Origin: Acidimicrobiales bacterium
GTDB lineage: Bacteria > Actinomycetota > Acidimicrobiia > Acidimicrobiales > Bog-793
Assembly (NCBI GenBank): GCA_052143575.1
Contig: JBKQSP010000051.1
Span: forward strand, 6,308-70,307
Reading direction: 5' to 3'
Length of the DNA: 64,000 nt
Position numbers and translations under genes: made by a program. This document shows positions 53,000 to 62,523 of this stretch, piece after piece (the first letter of the stretch is position 1; every line of letters begins with the position of its first letter). The notes under the pieces were generated by a model, which saw only the letters and a program-made list of their open reading frames with translations, had not been told where the DNA came from and did not search any database.

Positions 53000-53767
53000 A
53001 TGCGTATCAACAACACTTCAGCGCTCGTGACCGGAGGGGCCTCCGGCCTCGGCGAGGCGACGGCGAGGGCCCTGTACGCGGCTGGCGCCACGGTCACGCT
53101 CTTCGACCGCGACGAAGCCCGTGCCAAGGCGACGGCCGAGGCGATCGGCGGGGCGACGAGCTATGTCGCCGGCGACGTGGGCGACCCGGACGCCGTCACG
53201 CGGGCGGTGGAGCTGGCGGCGGCCGCCGGCGAGTTCCGCATCACGGTGTCGTGCGCCGGCATCGGATGGGCACAGCGCACGATCGGCCGCAACGGCGAGC
53301 CGCACGACTTCGACGCCTTCAAGACGGTCGTGAACGTCAACCTGGTCGGGACGTTCAACGTCATGCGCATCTCCGCAGGCGCCATGTCGAAGACCGAGCC
53401 GCTCGACGACGGCGAGCGGGGGGTCATCGTCAACACGGCCTCCGTCGCAGCCTTCGAGGGGCAGATCGGCCAGATCTCCTACTCGGCCTCCAAGGGCGGC
53501 GTCGTGGGCATGACCGTGCCGGCGGCGCGCGACCTCGCCCCGGTCGGCATCCGGGTGAACACGATCGCCCCGGGGCTCATGGATACCCCCCTGCTCGGAC
53601 TCCTGCCGGAGGAGAACCGCAAAGCCCTCGGCGCCGGCGTCCTCTTCCCGAAGCGCCTCGGGACGCCGGCGGAGTTCGGCCAGCTCGTCGTCGCCATCGC
53701 CGAGAACGGCTACCTGAACGGTGAGACGATCCGCTTGGACGGCGGCCTGCGCATGCCACCGAAGTAG
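53000..53767 (+). CDS. SDR family oxidoreductase (3-hydroxyacyl-CoA dehydrogenase type II-like)
   Basis: TGGASGLG cofactor motif and YSASKGG catalytic motif. Confidence 0.85.
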   Translation: MRINNTSALVTGGASGLGEATARALYAAGATVTLFDRDEARAKATAEAIGGATSYVAGDVGDPDAVTRAVELAAAAGEFRITVSCAGIGWAQRTIGRNGEPHDFDAFKTVVNVNLVGTFNVMRISAGAMSKTEPLDDGERGVIVNTASVAAFEGQIGQISYSASKGGVVGMTVPAARDLAPVGIRVNTIAPGLMDTPLLGLLPEENRKALGAGVLFPKRLGTPAEFGQLVVAIAENGYLNGETIRLDGGLRMPPK

Positions 53768-53839
53768 TCGGGAGCGCTAAGAAGTAGCGGGAGCCGTCGG
53801 CACGGCGGTGCAGCCAGGTTCGAGAGGAGGTCGACACTC

Positions 53840-54841
53840 ATGCGATACGTCGAAACCAAAGGCGAGCGTCTCTCCGTCATCGGCCTCGGCACCTGGCAGT
53901 TCGGCTCACGCGAGTGGGGCTACGGGGCCGGCTACGCCGAACGGGATGCCGGCGAGATCGCCCGGCGAGCCGTCGAACTGGGCGTCAACCTCTTCGATAC
54001 GGCGGAGGTGTACGGCTTCGGGCGCTCGGAGCGCATCCTCGGCGCCGCCATCGCCGAACACCGCCACGAGGTCTTCATCGCCACCAAGGTCTTTCCCGTC
54101 GTCCCGGTGCCGGCCGTCATCTGCCGGCGGGCGGAGGGCAGCGCCCGCCGCCTCGGTATCAGCGAGATCGACCTCTACCAACTGCACTGGCCGAACCCGG
54201 TCGTGCCGCCCCGCCTGCAGATGGAGGGCATGCGCCAGGTCCACAACCGTGGCCTTGCACGCCACATCGGCGTCAGTAACTACTCGCTGGCGGGCTGGCA
54301 GGCGGCCGAGGAGGCATTTGGTGGCACCGTCTTGACGAACCAGGTGCGCTTCAGCCTCGTCGACCGGCGCCCGCTCGCCTCGGGGATGACCGCCTGGGCA
54401 GCCGAGCACGATCACCTCGTGATGGCCTACAGCCCACTCGCCCAGGGGCTGCTCTCCGGTCGCTACGACGCCGAGCACCGTCCCGGTGGCATGCGTGCCA
54501 ACCAAACGGCCTTCCTGCCGGAGAACCTCGAGCGGGCAGCCGGGCTCATCGAGGCCCTGCGCGGCGTCGCCGCCGCTCACGATGCCACGCCCGCCCAGGT
54601 GGCACTCGCCTGGATCGTGAGCTACCGGAGCGTCGTGGCCATCCCGGGGGCGAGCTCGGTCGCCCAGATGGAGCACAACGCCGCCGCCGCCGACCTCGAG
54701 CTGAGCGAGGACGAGCGGGCCGAGCTGCTGGCGGCGGCCGAGTCGTTCCGGCCGATGGAGCGTGTGCAGGCATGGCAGGAGGTGGCCCGGCAGCGCTTCG
54801 GTGCCATGGGACGGTTCGGACAGGCCGGCGACCGCCGGTGA
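53840..54841 (+). CDS. aldo/keto reductase
   Basis: GLGTWQFG…FDTAEVYG…DLYQLHWP…IPGAS pattern. Confidence 0.85.
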   Translation: MRYVETKGERLSVIGLGTWQFGSREWGYGAGYAERDAGEIARRAVELGVNLFDTAEVYGFGRSERILGAAIAEHRHEVFIATKVFPVVPVPAVICRRAEGSARRLGISEIDLYQLHWPNPVVPPRLQMEGMRQVHNRGLARHIGVSNYSLAGWQAAEEAFGGTVLTNQVRFSLVDRRPLASGMTAWAAEHDHLVMAYSPLAQGLLSGRYDAEHRPGGMRANQTAFLPENLERAAGLIEALRGVAAAHDATPAQVALAWIVSYRSVVAIPGASSVAQMEHNAAAADLELSEDERAELLAAAESFRPMERVQAWQEVARQRFGAMGRFGQAGDRR

Positions 54842-54857
54842 CCGCAAGGGGGAAGTG

Positions 54858-56294
54858 ATGGACTCGTTACTGACGTGGATGGACGCAACCGAGCAGGCGC
54901 AGGCGGTGAGGAGCGGGCAGACATCGCCGTCCGAGCTCGTCGAGGCCGCAATCGAGCGCATCGAGCGCGTCAACCCGGATCTGAACGCCGTCATCCACGA
55001 GCGTTTCGACGCCGCCCGCAAGGAGGCGGCCGCCGGCAAGGTCAGCGGGCCGTTCGCCGGCGTCCCCATCCTGTTGAAGGATCTCGGCGCCGCCCAGGCG
55101 GGCGAGCCGCTCCACCTCGGGCTCGGCGCCCTCAAGGAGGCAGGCTTCCGGGCAGCTACCGACAGCTTCATCGCCGCCAAGCTGCAGGCCGCCGGCTGCA
55201 TCATCCTCGGGCGCACGAACTGCCCGGAGTTCGGCACGACGATCACGACCGAGCCGGTCTCCTACGGCCCGACACGAAACCCTTGGAACACCCAGCACAC
55301 CACGGGCGGCTCCTCCGGCGGGTCGGCGGCGGCCGTGGCCAGTGGCATGGTGCCCGTCGCCCATGCCAACGACGGCGGCGGCTCGATCCGTATCCCGGCC
55401 GCCAACTGCGGCCTGTTCGGGCTGAAGCCGAGCCGCGGCCGTGTCAGCCCGGGGCCTGACCCGCACGAGTCCTCCTGGTCGGGATCCACGATCGACCACA
55501 TGGTGACGAGGACCGTGCGCGACTCGGCCGGGCTGCTCGACGTGCTCGCCGGCGAGATGCCGGGCGACCTCTTCGTCGCCCCGCCGCCGCGGCGCCCCTT
55601 CGCCCACGAGGTGGGCGCCGACACCGGCGCCCTCAAGATCGGTTGGCTCGATCATCCCGCCCAGGAGGGGATCGCCCCCAACGCGGAGTGCGCCACGGCC
55701 GTGCACGAGGCACGCGACCTCCTCGAATCGCTCGGGCACGAGCTGCACGAGGCGCACCCGGCCGCCCTCGGCGAAGCGGAGTTCACGCGTCACTTCCTGA
55801 CGATCATCACGACGGCGGTGGCGGCCGACCTCGAGGAGTGGAGCGACGCCATCGGCCGCGTCATCGCTCCCGGCGAGCTCGAGCCGGACAACCAGACGTT
55901 CCAGATGCTCGGCGCCATGGTGCCGGCCACCGCCTACCTGCGCTCGGAACTGTGGTTCGAAGCCTGGCGCCGGCGCATGGCGGCCTTCTGGGCCGAAGGC
56001 GGCTACGACCTTTTGCTGACGCCCGTGCTCAACATGCCACCCGCCCGCCTCGGCGAGCTCTCCGAGCCGATCCTCGGTCAGCAGCGTGTCATCGAGGCGC
56101 TCCAGTACACGGCGCAGTTCAACGTCACCGGCCAGCCCGCCATGTCGTTGCCGCTGCACTGGACGCCGGAGGGGCTGCCTGTCGGGGTACAGCTCGTGGC
56201 GGCCTACGGTCGGGAAGACGTCCTCGTTCGGCTAGCGTCTCGCGTTGAGCAGGCCGCACCCTGGGCAGACCGTAAGCCGCCGGTGCACGCGTGA
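54858..56294 (+). CDS. amidase (amidase-signature family)
   Basis: ATG 54858 with an AAGGGGGAAG SD. Signature GGSSGGSAAAVASG…DGGGSIRIPA. Confidence 0.85.
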   Translation: MDSLLTWMDATEQAQAVRSGQTSPSELVEAAIERIERVNPDLNAVIHERFDAARKEAAAGKVSGPFAGVPILLKDLGAAQAGEPLHLGLGALKEAGFRAATDSFIAAKLQAAGCIILGRTNCPEFGTTITTEPVSYGPTRNPWNTQHTTGGSSGGSAAAVASGMVPVAHANDGGGSIRIPAANCGLFGLKPSRGRVSPGPDPHESSWSGSTIDHMVTRTVRDSAGLLDVLAGEMPGDLFVAPPPRRPFAHEVGADTGALKIGWLDHPAQEGIAPNAECATAVHEARDLLESLGHELHEAHPAALGEAEFTRHFLTIITTAVAADLEEWSDAIGRVIAPGELEPDNQTFQMLGAMVPATAYLRSELWFEAWRRRMAAFWAEGGYDLLLTPVLNMPPARLGELSEPILGQQRVIEALQYTAQFNVTGQPAMSLPLHWTPEGLPVGVQLVAAYGREDVLVRLASRVEQAAPWADRKPPVHA

Positions 56295-56315
56295 CCGTTG
56301 TTTCGGCGGCTCGAA

Positions 56316-56360
56316 GCCGGCTGACTTCCCGAACGCTGACTCCCTGAACGCTGACCCCCT
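56316..56360. promoter_or_regulatory. three phased copies (15-bp period) of GCTGAC-YYCCY upstream of cysD
   Basis: GCTGAC at 56320, 56335 and 56350. The last two units are gaacgctgacYccct. The set ends 22 nt before ATG 56382, and no clear SD is present. Confidence 0.35.
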
Positions 56361-56381
56361 GGACCGAATGCCCACAGCGAA

Positions 56382-57299
56382 ATGACCACGTACCGGCTCT
56401 CACACCTCGACGAACTCGAAGCCGAGGCCATCCACATCATCCGTGAGGTGGTCGCCGAGTTCGAGAAGCCCGCCCTCCTCTTCTCCGGCGGCAAGGACTC
56501 CGCCGTCCTGTTGCGCCTCGCCGTGAAGGCGTGCTGGCCGCAGCGGCTTCCCTTCCCCGTCGTGCACGTCGACACCGGGCACAACTTCCCCGAGGTCATC
56601 GCCTACCGGGACCACCAGGTCGAGACGCTCAACCTCCGTCTCGTCGTCGGCTTGGTGCAAGAGGACATCGACCGCGGCCACATCATCGAGACCCCCTCGC
56701 CAGGGGCGACCCGCAACCGGCTGCAGACCTTCACACTGCTCCGAGTGCTCGAGGAAGGCGGCTACGACGCCGTCTTCGGGGGCGGCCGGCGCGACGAGGA
56801 GAAGGCGCGTGCCAAGGAGCGGATCTTCTCGCTACGTGACGAGTTCGGGCAGTGGAACCCACGGGCGCAGCGACCCGAGCTCTGGAACCTCTACAACACG
56901 AGGCACCGCCCGGGCGAGCACTTCCGTGTCTTCCCGCTCTCGAACTGGACCGAGCTCGACATCTGGCAGTACGTCGAGCAGGAGGAGGTGCCGCTGCCGG
57001 AGATCTACTTCTCCCACCGCCGCCCCGTCTTCCGGCGCGGCGGCTTGCTGCTCGCCGTCGGTCCCTTCACCCAGCCCCGTGAAGGCCACGCCGAGGAGGT
57101 GCCGTTCGAGGCGGCCGTTCGTTACCGCACGGTCGGGGACATGACCTGCACGGCCGCCATCGAGTCGACGGCCGTGACGCCCTCGCAGGTGATCTCCGAG
57201 ACGGCGGTCAGCCGGGTGAGCGAGCGAGGGGCCACGAGGGCGGACGACCGCTTCTCGGAGGCCGCCATGGAGGATCGCAAGCGGGAGGGCTACTTCTAG
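56382..57299 (+). CDS. cysD: sulfate adenylyltransferase subunit 2
   Basis: LDELEAEAIHIIREV…LLFSGGKDSAV…; 305 aa. Confidence 0.93.
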   Translation: MTTYRLSHLDELEAEAIHIIREVVAEFEKPALLFSGGKDSAVLLRLAVKACWPQRLPFPVVHVDTGHNFPEVIAYRDHQVETLNLRLVVGLVQEDIDRGHIIETPSPGATRNRLQTFTLLRVLEEGGYDAVFGGGRRDEEKARAKERIFSLRDEFGQWNPRAQRPELWNLYNTRHRPGEHFRVFPLSNWTELDIWQYVEQEEVPLPEIYFSHRRPVFRRGGLLLAVGPFTQPREGHAEEVPFEAAVRYRTVGDMTCTAAIESTAVTPSQVISETAVSRVSERGATRADDRFSEAAMEDRKREGYF

Positions 57300-58556
57300 A
57301 TGGAGCTGCTCCGCTTCGCCACGGCCGGCTCGGTCGACGACGGCAAGTCGACGCTGATCGGCCGCCTGCTCTACGACTCGAAGCAGGTGTTCGAGGATCA
57401 GCTGCAGGCGGTCGAGGCCTCCAGCCTGGCGCGTGGAGACGACTACACGAACCTGGCCCTGCTCACCGACGGCCTGCGGGCCGAGCGTGAGCAGGGCATC
57501 ACGATCGACGTCGCCTACCGCTACTTCGCCACCCCGAAACGCAAGTTCATCATCGCCGACACCCCAGGCCACACCCAGCACACGCGCAACATGGTGACGG
57601 GTTGCTCCACCGCCGACCTCGTCGTCCTGCTCGTCGACGCACGTCTCGGCCCCACCGAGCAGACTCGCCGGCACGCCACCGTCGCCTCGCTGCTCGGCAT
57701 CCGCCACCTCGTGCTCTGCATCAACAAGATGGACCTCGTCGACTGGGACCGGAAGCGCTTCGAGGAGATCCGCCGGGAGTTCGACGACTTCGCCACCCGG
57801 CTGCAGGTGACGGATCTGACCTACATCCCGATGTCGGCCCTGGAGGGTGACAACGTCGTCGAGCGCTCGGCGGAGATGAAGTGGTACGACGGTCCCTCCC
57901 TCCTGCACCACCTCGAGGAGGTGCACATCTCCTCGGACCGCAACCTCATCGACTTCCGCTTCGCCGTGCAGCGGGTGGTGCGGCCCATCTCCTCGAGCGA
58001 CCTGCACGACTTCCGCGGCTACGCCGGCCAGGTCTCGAGCGGGGTGGTGCAGGTCGGCGACCCCGTCGTGGTGCTGCCGTCCGGCTTTGCGTCCACGATC
58101 GAGGCGATCGAGACGGCCGACGGTCCCCTCGAGGAGGCCTACCCGCCCATGTCGGTGCTGCTGCGGTTGAGCGATGACCTCGACATCTCGCGGGGCGACA
58201 TGCTCTGCCGGCCGCACAACCAGCCGAGTATCGGGCAGGACCTCTCTGCCATGGTGTGCTGGATGGCGGAGGCGCCGCTCCGGCCGGGCGCCAAGCTGTG
58301 GCTGAAGCACACGACCCGCTGGGTGCGAGCCCTCGTGAAGGATCTGCAGTACCGGCTCGACGTCAACACGCTGCACCGGGACCTGGCCGCCGGCGAGCTC
58401 GCCCTCAACGAGATCGGCCGGATCGACCTTCGCACGACCCTGCCGCTGTTATTCGACGAGTACCGGTTGAACCGGCGGACGGGCAGTTTCGTGCTCGTGG
58501 ACGACGCCACGAACGCAACCGTGGCGGCGGGGATGATCCTTCGACCGAGCACCTGA
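57300..58556 (+). CDS. cysN: sulfate adenylyltransferase subunit 1 (GTPase)
   Basis: GTPase motifs G1 GSVDDGKST, G3 DTPGH and G4 NKMD. Starts directly after the cysD stop. Confidence 0.93.
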   Translation: MELLRFATAGSVDDGKSTLIGRLLYDSKQVFEDQLQAVEASSLARGDDYTNLALLTDGLRAEREQGITIDVAYRYFATPKRKFIIADTPGHTQHTRNMVTGCSTADLVVLLVDARLGPTEQTRRHATVASLLGIRHLVLCINKMDLVDWDRKRFEEIRREFDDFATRLQVTDLTYIPMSALEGDNVVERSAEMKWYDGPSLLHHLEEVHISSDRNLIDFRFAVQRVVRPISSSDLHDFRGYAGQVSSGVVQVGDPVVVLPSGFASTIEAIETADGPLEEAYPPMSVLLRLSDDLDISRGDMLCRPHNQPSIGQDLSAMVCWMAEAPLRPGAKLWLKHTTRWVRALVKDLQYRLDVNTLHRDLAAGELALNEIGRIDLRTTLPLLFDEYRLNRRTGSFVLVDDATNATVAAGMILRPST

Positions 58557-58566
58557 GGCCCGTGTC

Positions 58567-59196
58567 GTGACGGGGGGATCGGCGGGAGGCACGGCTCACG
58601 GCGCCGTGCCCGAGGCGGTCGTGGACGAGAGCTGGCCGACGACGCCGGCCTCCGTGGCGACACGGGGCACGATCTGGTTCACGGGCCTCTCCGGGGCCGG
58701 CAAGACGACGGTGGCGACGACGCTCAAGGTCATGCTCGACGCCCTCGCCGTGCGAACGTTTCTCCTCGACGGCGACGTGCTGCGTTCCGGGCTCAACTCG
58801 GACCTCACCTTCAGCGACGAGGACCGCGCCGAGAACGTGCGGCGCATCGGCGAGGTGGCCCTGCTCTTCGCCGGCGTCGGCCACCTCTCGCTCGTGACGG
58901 TCATCAGCCCCTATGACGCCGGCCGCACGGCCGTGCGCGCCCGCCACGCCGCCGTCGGCGTCCCTTTCCTCGAGGTGTACGTGGCCACCCCGCTCGAGGT
59001 CTGCGAGCAGCGCGACCCGAAGGGGCTCTACGCCCGCGCCCGCCGGGGCGAGGTGACCCGCTTCACCGGCATCTCGGCGCCCTACGAGGTACCGGAGGAC
59101 GCCGAGCTCGAGATCTTCACGACGGACCGGACACCGGTGCAGTCGGCCACCGAAGTCTTCGAGCTGCTCGTCGAGCGAGGGCTCATCACGGGCTGA
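58567..59196 (+). CDS. cysC: adenylyl-sulfate kinase
   Basis: P-loop FTGLSGAGKTT and ISPY motif. A separate gene, not fused to cysN. Confidence 0.87.
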   Translation: MTGGSAGGTAHGAVPEAVVDESWPTTPASVATRGTIWFTGLSGAGKTTVATTLKVMLDALAVRTFLLDGDVLRSGLNSDLTFSDEDRAENVRRIGEVALLFAGVGHLSLVTVISPYDAGRTAVRARHAAVGVPFLEVYVATPLEVCEQRDPKGLYARARRGEVTRFTGISAPYEVPEDAELEIFTTDRTPVQSATEVFELLVERGLITG

Positions 59197-59211
59197 GGGC
59201 CTCCGGCGGGC

Positions 59212-59547
59212 GTGGCGGTAGCCTGCGTCATGACCGAAGACGCCTCACCGCCGGCATCGATGCCCGACGAGCTGAGCAGCCACCACCGGGACACGCTCGA
59301 GCACCTTTTTCGTCATCCCGCCGGTCACAACATCGAGTGGCACGACGTTCTCTCGTTGCTCGAGGCGGTGGGCTCTGTCCGCGAGACCCACGACGGCAAC
59401 TTCCTCGTGACGCTCGGCAGTGAGACCGAGACCTTCGAACGGCCGCCCCACAAGGACATCGACACGCAACAGGTCGTCGACTTGCGGCGGATGCTGCGGG
59501 CCGCCGGCTACAGCGACTCGCAGGCTACGGAGAGCACGGCCGAATGA
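59212..59547 (+). CDS. small hypothetical protein (possible HicA-like fold family)
   Basis: 111 aa (alternative ATG 59230). The pattern TLEHLFRHPAGHNIEWHDVLSLLEAVG…FERPPHKD…VVDLRRMLRAAG recalls, from memory, small proteins often annotated HicA-like. No partner gene is seen. Confidence 0.5.
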   Translation: MAVACVMTEDASPPASMPDELSSHHRDTLEHLFRHPAGHNIEWHDVLSLLEAVGSVRETHDGNFLVTLGSETETFERPPHKDIDTQQVVDLRRMLRAAGYSDSQATESTAE

Positions 59548-59705
59548 GGACTCACCGCGGCTGACACGACGGTGGGAGAACCGTCGGGCACGTGACCGGC
59601 GCCCCGCCTCGATAGGCTCCAGCCTGCAGAGATGCCCGCCTGCGCGGGCGAAACGGGCGGTGAAGATCGCCCCGGTGCGGCGTAGCCGCACCCGAGACAC
59701 GGGAG

Positions 59706-61139
59706 GTGATCCGGCTGACTGCTGTCGGTTCCGATCCGTCGAACACGTTCGACATCGTTGTGATCGGCGGAGGCCCTGGTGGGTACGCGGCTGCCCTCTA
59801 TGCGGGCAATGCCGGGCTCAGCGTGGCCGTCGTCGAGAAGGAGAAGGTCGGCGGGACCTGCTTGCACCGGGGGTGCATCCCTGCCAAGGAGTTCCTCGAG
59901 ACGGCGGCCGTGTTCCGCGCCGTCGGCGGCGCCAAGGAGTTCGGAGTGCAGGCGAGCCAGCCCACCGTCGAATTCTCCATCAGCCAGGACCGCAAGCAGA
60001 AAGTCGTCGAGCAGTTGCACCGGGGGCTCTCGGGCCTCATGAAGCAGCGCAAGAACGTCATCTTCGAGGGCACCGGGCGGCTGCTGGCCGACCACGTCGT
60101 CGAGGTGACCGCCCCGGACGGATCCACCCGGGCCATCTCCGGTACGAACGTCGTGCTGGCGTCGGGCTCGGTGCCGAGGACGCTGCCGGGCTTCGAGGTG
60201 GATGGGCGTTTCGTCCTCACCTCCGACGAGGTCCTCGCTCTGCGCGAGCTGCCGCGGACCGCCGTCGTGATCGGCGGCGGGGCCATCGGCTGTGAGTTCG
60301 CCTCCATGCTCTCCGACCTGGGCGTGCAGGTCACCATCCTCGAGGTGCTCCCGAAACTGCTCCCCGGCTGCGACGAGGACGTCGTCAACCTCGTCGTGCG
60401 CTCCTTCCAGAAGCGGGGCATCACGGTGCGGGCCGGCGTGGCCGTGCACCGGCACGAGCCGGGCGAGGCGGGGACGACGGTCAGCTTCGGCGATGGTGAG
60501 TCAGTGCTCGTCGACAGCGTCATCGTCTCGGTCGGCCGCCGCCCCCTCTCTGACGGCCTGCTGGCGGAGGGCACGGGCGTCGTCGTGGACGGGCGGGGTT
60601 TTGTCGAGGTGGACGAATGGATGCGGACGGCCGCCGCCGGCGTCTTTGCCGTCGGCGATCTCGTCAACACGCCGCAGCTCGCCCACGTCGGCTTTGCCGA
60701 GGCCATCCTCGTCGTCAAGCAGATCCTCGGTGAGCGGGCCGTGCCGGTGAACTACGGCGCCGTGCCGTGGGGGATCTACTGCCACCCGGAGGTCGCCTTC
60801 GTGGGCATGACGGAGGAGGGGGCCAAAGCCGCCGGCATCGACGTCGTCGTGAAGAAGGATCCCTACGGTGGCAACAGCCGCGCCCGCATCCTCGGCGAGA
60901 CCGAGGGCATGGTGAAGGTCATCGCAGAGCGCATGGCTGACGGCTCGGCCGGTCGGCTGCTCGGCGTCCACATGGTGGGCCCGTGGGTGACCGAACAGCT
61001 CGGGCAGGCTTACTTGTCCGTCAACTGGGAGGCGACGCCCGACGAGATCGGCGCCTTCATCCAGCCGCACCCGACACTGTCCGAGACATTCGGCGAGACC
61101 GTCCTCGCCCTCACGGGAAGGGGCCTGCACCTTGCCTGA
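59706..61139 (+). CDS. lpd: dihydrolipoyl dehydrogenase (E3)
   Basis: FAD motif VVIGGGPGGY and redox disulfide GGTCLHRGCIPAK. C-terminal interface domain HPTLSE. Confidence 0.93.
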   Translation: MIRLTAVGSDPSNTFDIVVIGGGPGGYAAALYAGNAGLSVAVVEKEKVGGTCLHRGCIPAKEFLETAAVFRAVGGAKEFGVQASQPTVEFSISQDRKQKVVEQLHRGLSGLMKQRKNVIFEGTGRLLADHVVEVTAPDGSTRAISGTNVVLASGSVPRTLPGFEVDGRFVLTSDEVLALRELPRTAVVIGGGAIGCEFASMLSDLGVQVTILEVLPKLLPGCDEDVVNLVVRSFQKRGITVRAGVAVHRHEPGEAGTTVSFGDGESVLVDSVIVSVGRRPLSDGLLAEGTGVVVDGRGFVEVDEWMRTAAAGVFAVGDLVNTPQLAHVGFAEAILVVKQILGERAVPVNYGAVPWGIYCHPEVAFVGMTEEGAKAAGIDVVVKKDPYGGNSRARILGETEGMVKVIAERMADGSAGRLLGVHMVGPWVTEQLGQAYLSVNWEATPDEIGAFIQPHPTLSETFGETVLALTGRGLHLA

Positions 61140-62520
61140 CATCACGATGCCGCAGCTGGGTGAGACCGTCACCGAGGGCACGATCATCAAGTGGCTGAAG
61201 AATGTCGGTGACACGATCGTGCAGGACGAGCCGCTCTTCGAGGTCTCGACGGACAAAGTCGACTCCGAGGTGCCCTCGCCGGCCGAAGGCGTCATCACCG
61301 AGATCCTCGTGCCCGAGGGCGCCACGGTCGACATCGGGACCCGCTTGGCGGTCATCGGGGAGGCCGGTTCGGCCCCGGAGCCGGCTGCGGCACCGGCTCC
61401 GAAACCGGAGCCGGTTGCCGAGCACGCTCCGCCCTCCCCTCCGGCCGAGCCGGAAACCCCTGAGGCTGCGGTGGAGCCGACACCCGCAGACGTTGTCGCT
61501 GTGGCCGAAGAAACCCCCTCGCCCCGTGGCAACGGGGCCGGCGGCCTGCTCTCACCGGTGGTGCGCAAGCTCGTCAACGAGCACGGGCTCGACCCGTCCC
61601 TCATCCGCGGGACGGGGCAAGGCGGCCGCATCACCCGGGGCGACGTGCTCGGGTACCTCGACGCCCAGGCGACGGCGGGCGCCGGCGGTGTGGCCCCGTC
61701 GCTGGCGGGCGGTCGAGAGGCGCCGCCACGGCCGGCTGCGGCTGCGGCTCCGGCCGTGGCCTCAGGGGCCGGCGACTCCCGCGGGTTCCCGCCGGCCTTA
61801 CCGGGCGAGAGGGACGAGGTCGTGCCCTTCTCGAACATCCGCCGGCTGACGGCCGAGCACATGGTTCGCTCGAAGGCAACGTCTGCTCACACCCTCGTCG
61901 TCGTGGAGGCCGACTACGAGGGCATCGACCGCGTCCGGCGGCGGGAGAAGGACCGCTTCAAGGAACAGGAGGGCGTTTCGCTCACCTACCTTCCGTTTGT
62001 GGCACGGGCTGTCGTCGACGTTCTGCGCGACTACCCGAACCTGAATGCCTCCGTGGGCGACGGGACCCTCATCGTGCACCGTGACGTCCACCTCGGGATC
62101 GCCGTTGACCTCGACCGCCAGGGCCTCATCGTGCCCGTCGTGCGCCAAGCCGATGGGCAGTCGTTGCGGGGTCTCGCCCGCGCCATCGCCGATCTCGCCG
62201 AGCGGGCGCGCTCCCGCCGCCTCTCGGCAGACGACGTCGTCGGCGGTACGTTCACGATCACGAACCCGGGCCCGTTCGGCACAGTCATCACGGCTCCGAT
62301 CATCAACCAGCCTCAGGTGGCCATCCTCTCCACCGACGGCGTGAAGCGCCGACCGGTCGTCGTGACGGCGGGCGATGGGACAGAGGCCATCGCCATCCAC
62401 TCCGTCGGCATGCTGGCAATGTCGTTCGATCACCGTGCCGTCGACGGCGCCTACGCGTCCGCTTTCCTGCGTGACCTCGCCCACGAGATCGAAACCCGTG
62501 ACTGGGCCTCCGAGCTGTAA
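61132..62520 (+). CDS. dihydrolipoamide acyltransferase (E2 of a 2-oxoacid dehydrogenase complex)
   Basis: Lipoyl domain (EVSTDKVDSEVPSP), Ala/Pro linkers, E3-binding domain (LSPVVRKLVNEHGLD) and catalytic DHRAVDG. 8-nt overlap with lpd; an alternative start is ATG 61147. Confidence 0.92.
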   Translation: MPDITMPQLGETVTEGTIIKWLKNVGDTIVQDEPLFEVSTDKVDSEVPSPAEGVITEILVPEGATVDIGTRLAVIGEAGSAPEPAAAPAPKPEPVAEHAPPSPPAEPETPEAAVEPTPADVVAVAEETPSPRGNGAGGLLSPVVRKLVNEHGLDPSLIRGTGQGGRITRGDVLGYLDAQATAGAGGVAPSLAGGREAPPRPAAAAAPAVASGAGDSRGFPPALPGERDEVVPFSNIRRLTAEHMVRSKATSAHTLVVVEADYEGIDRVRRREKDRFKEQEGVSLTYLPFVARAVVDVLRDYPNLNASVGDGTLIVHRDVHLGIAVDLDRQGLIVPVVRQADGQSLRGLARAIADLAERARSRRLSADDVVGGTFTITNPGPFGTVITAPIINQPQVAILSTDGVKRRPVVVTAGDGTEAIAIHSVGMLAMSFDHRAVDGAYASAFLRDLAHEIETRDWASEL

Positions 62521-62523
62521 CCC

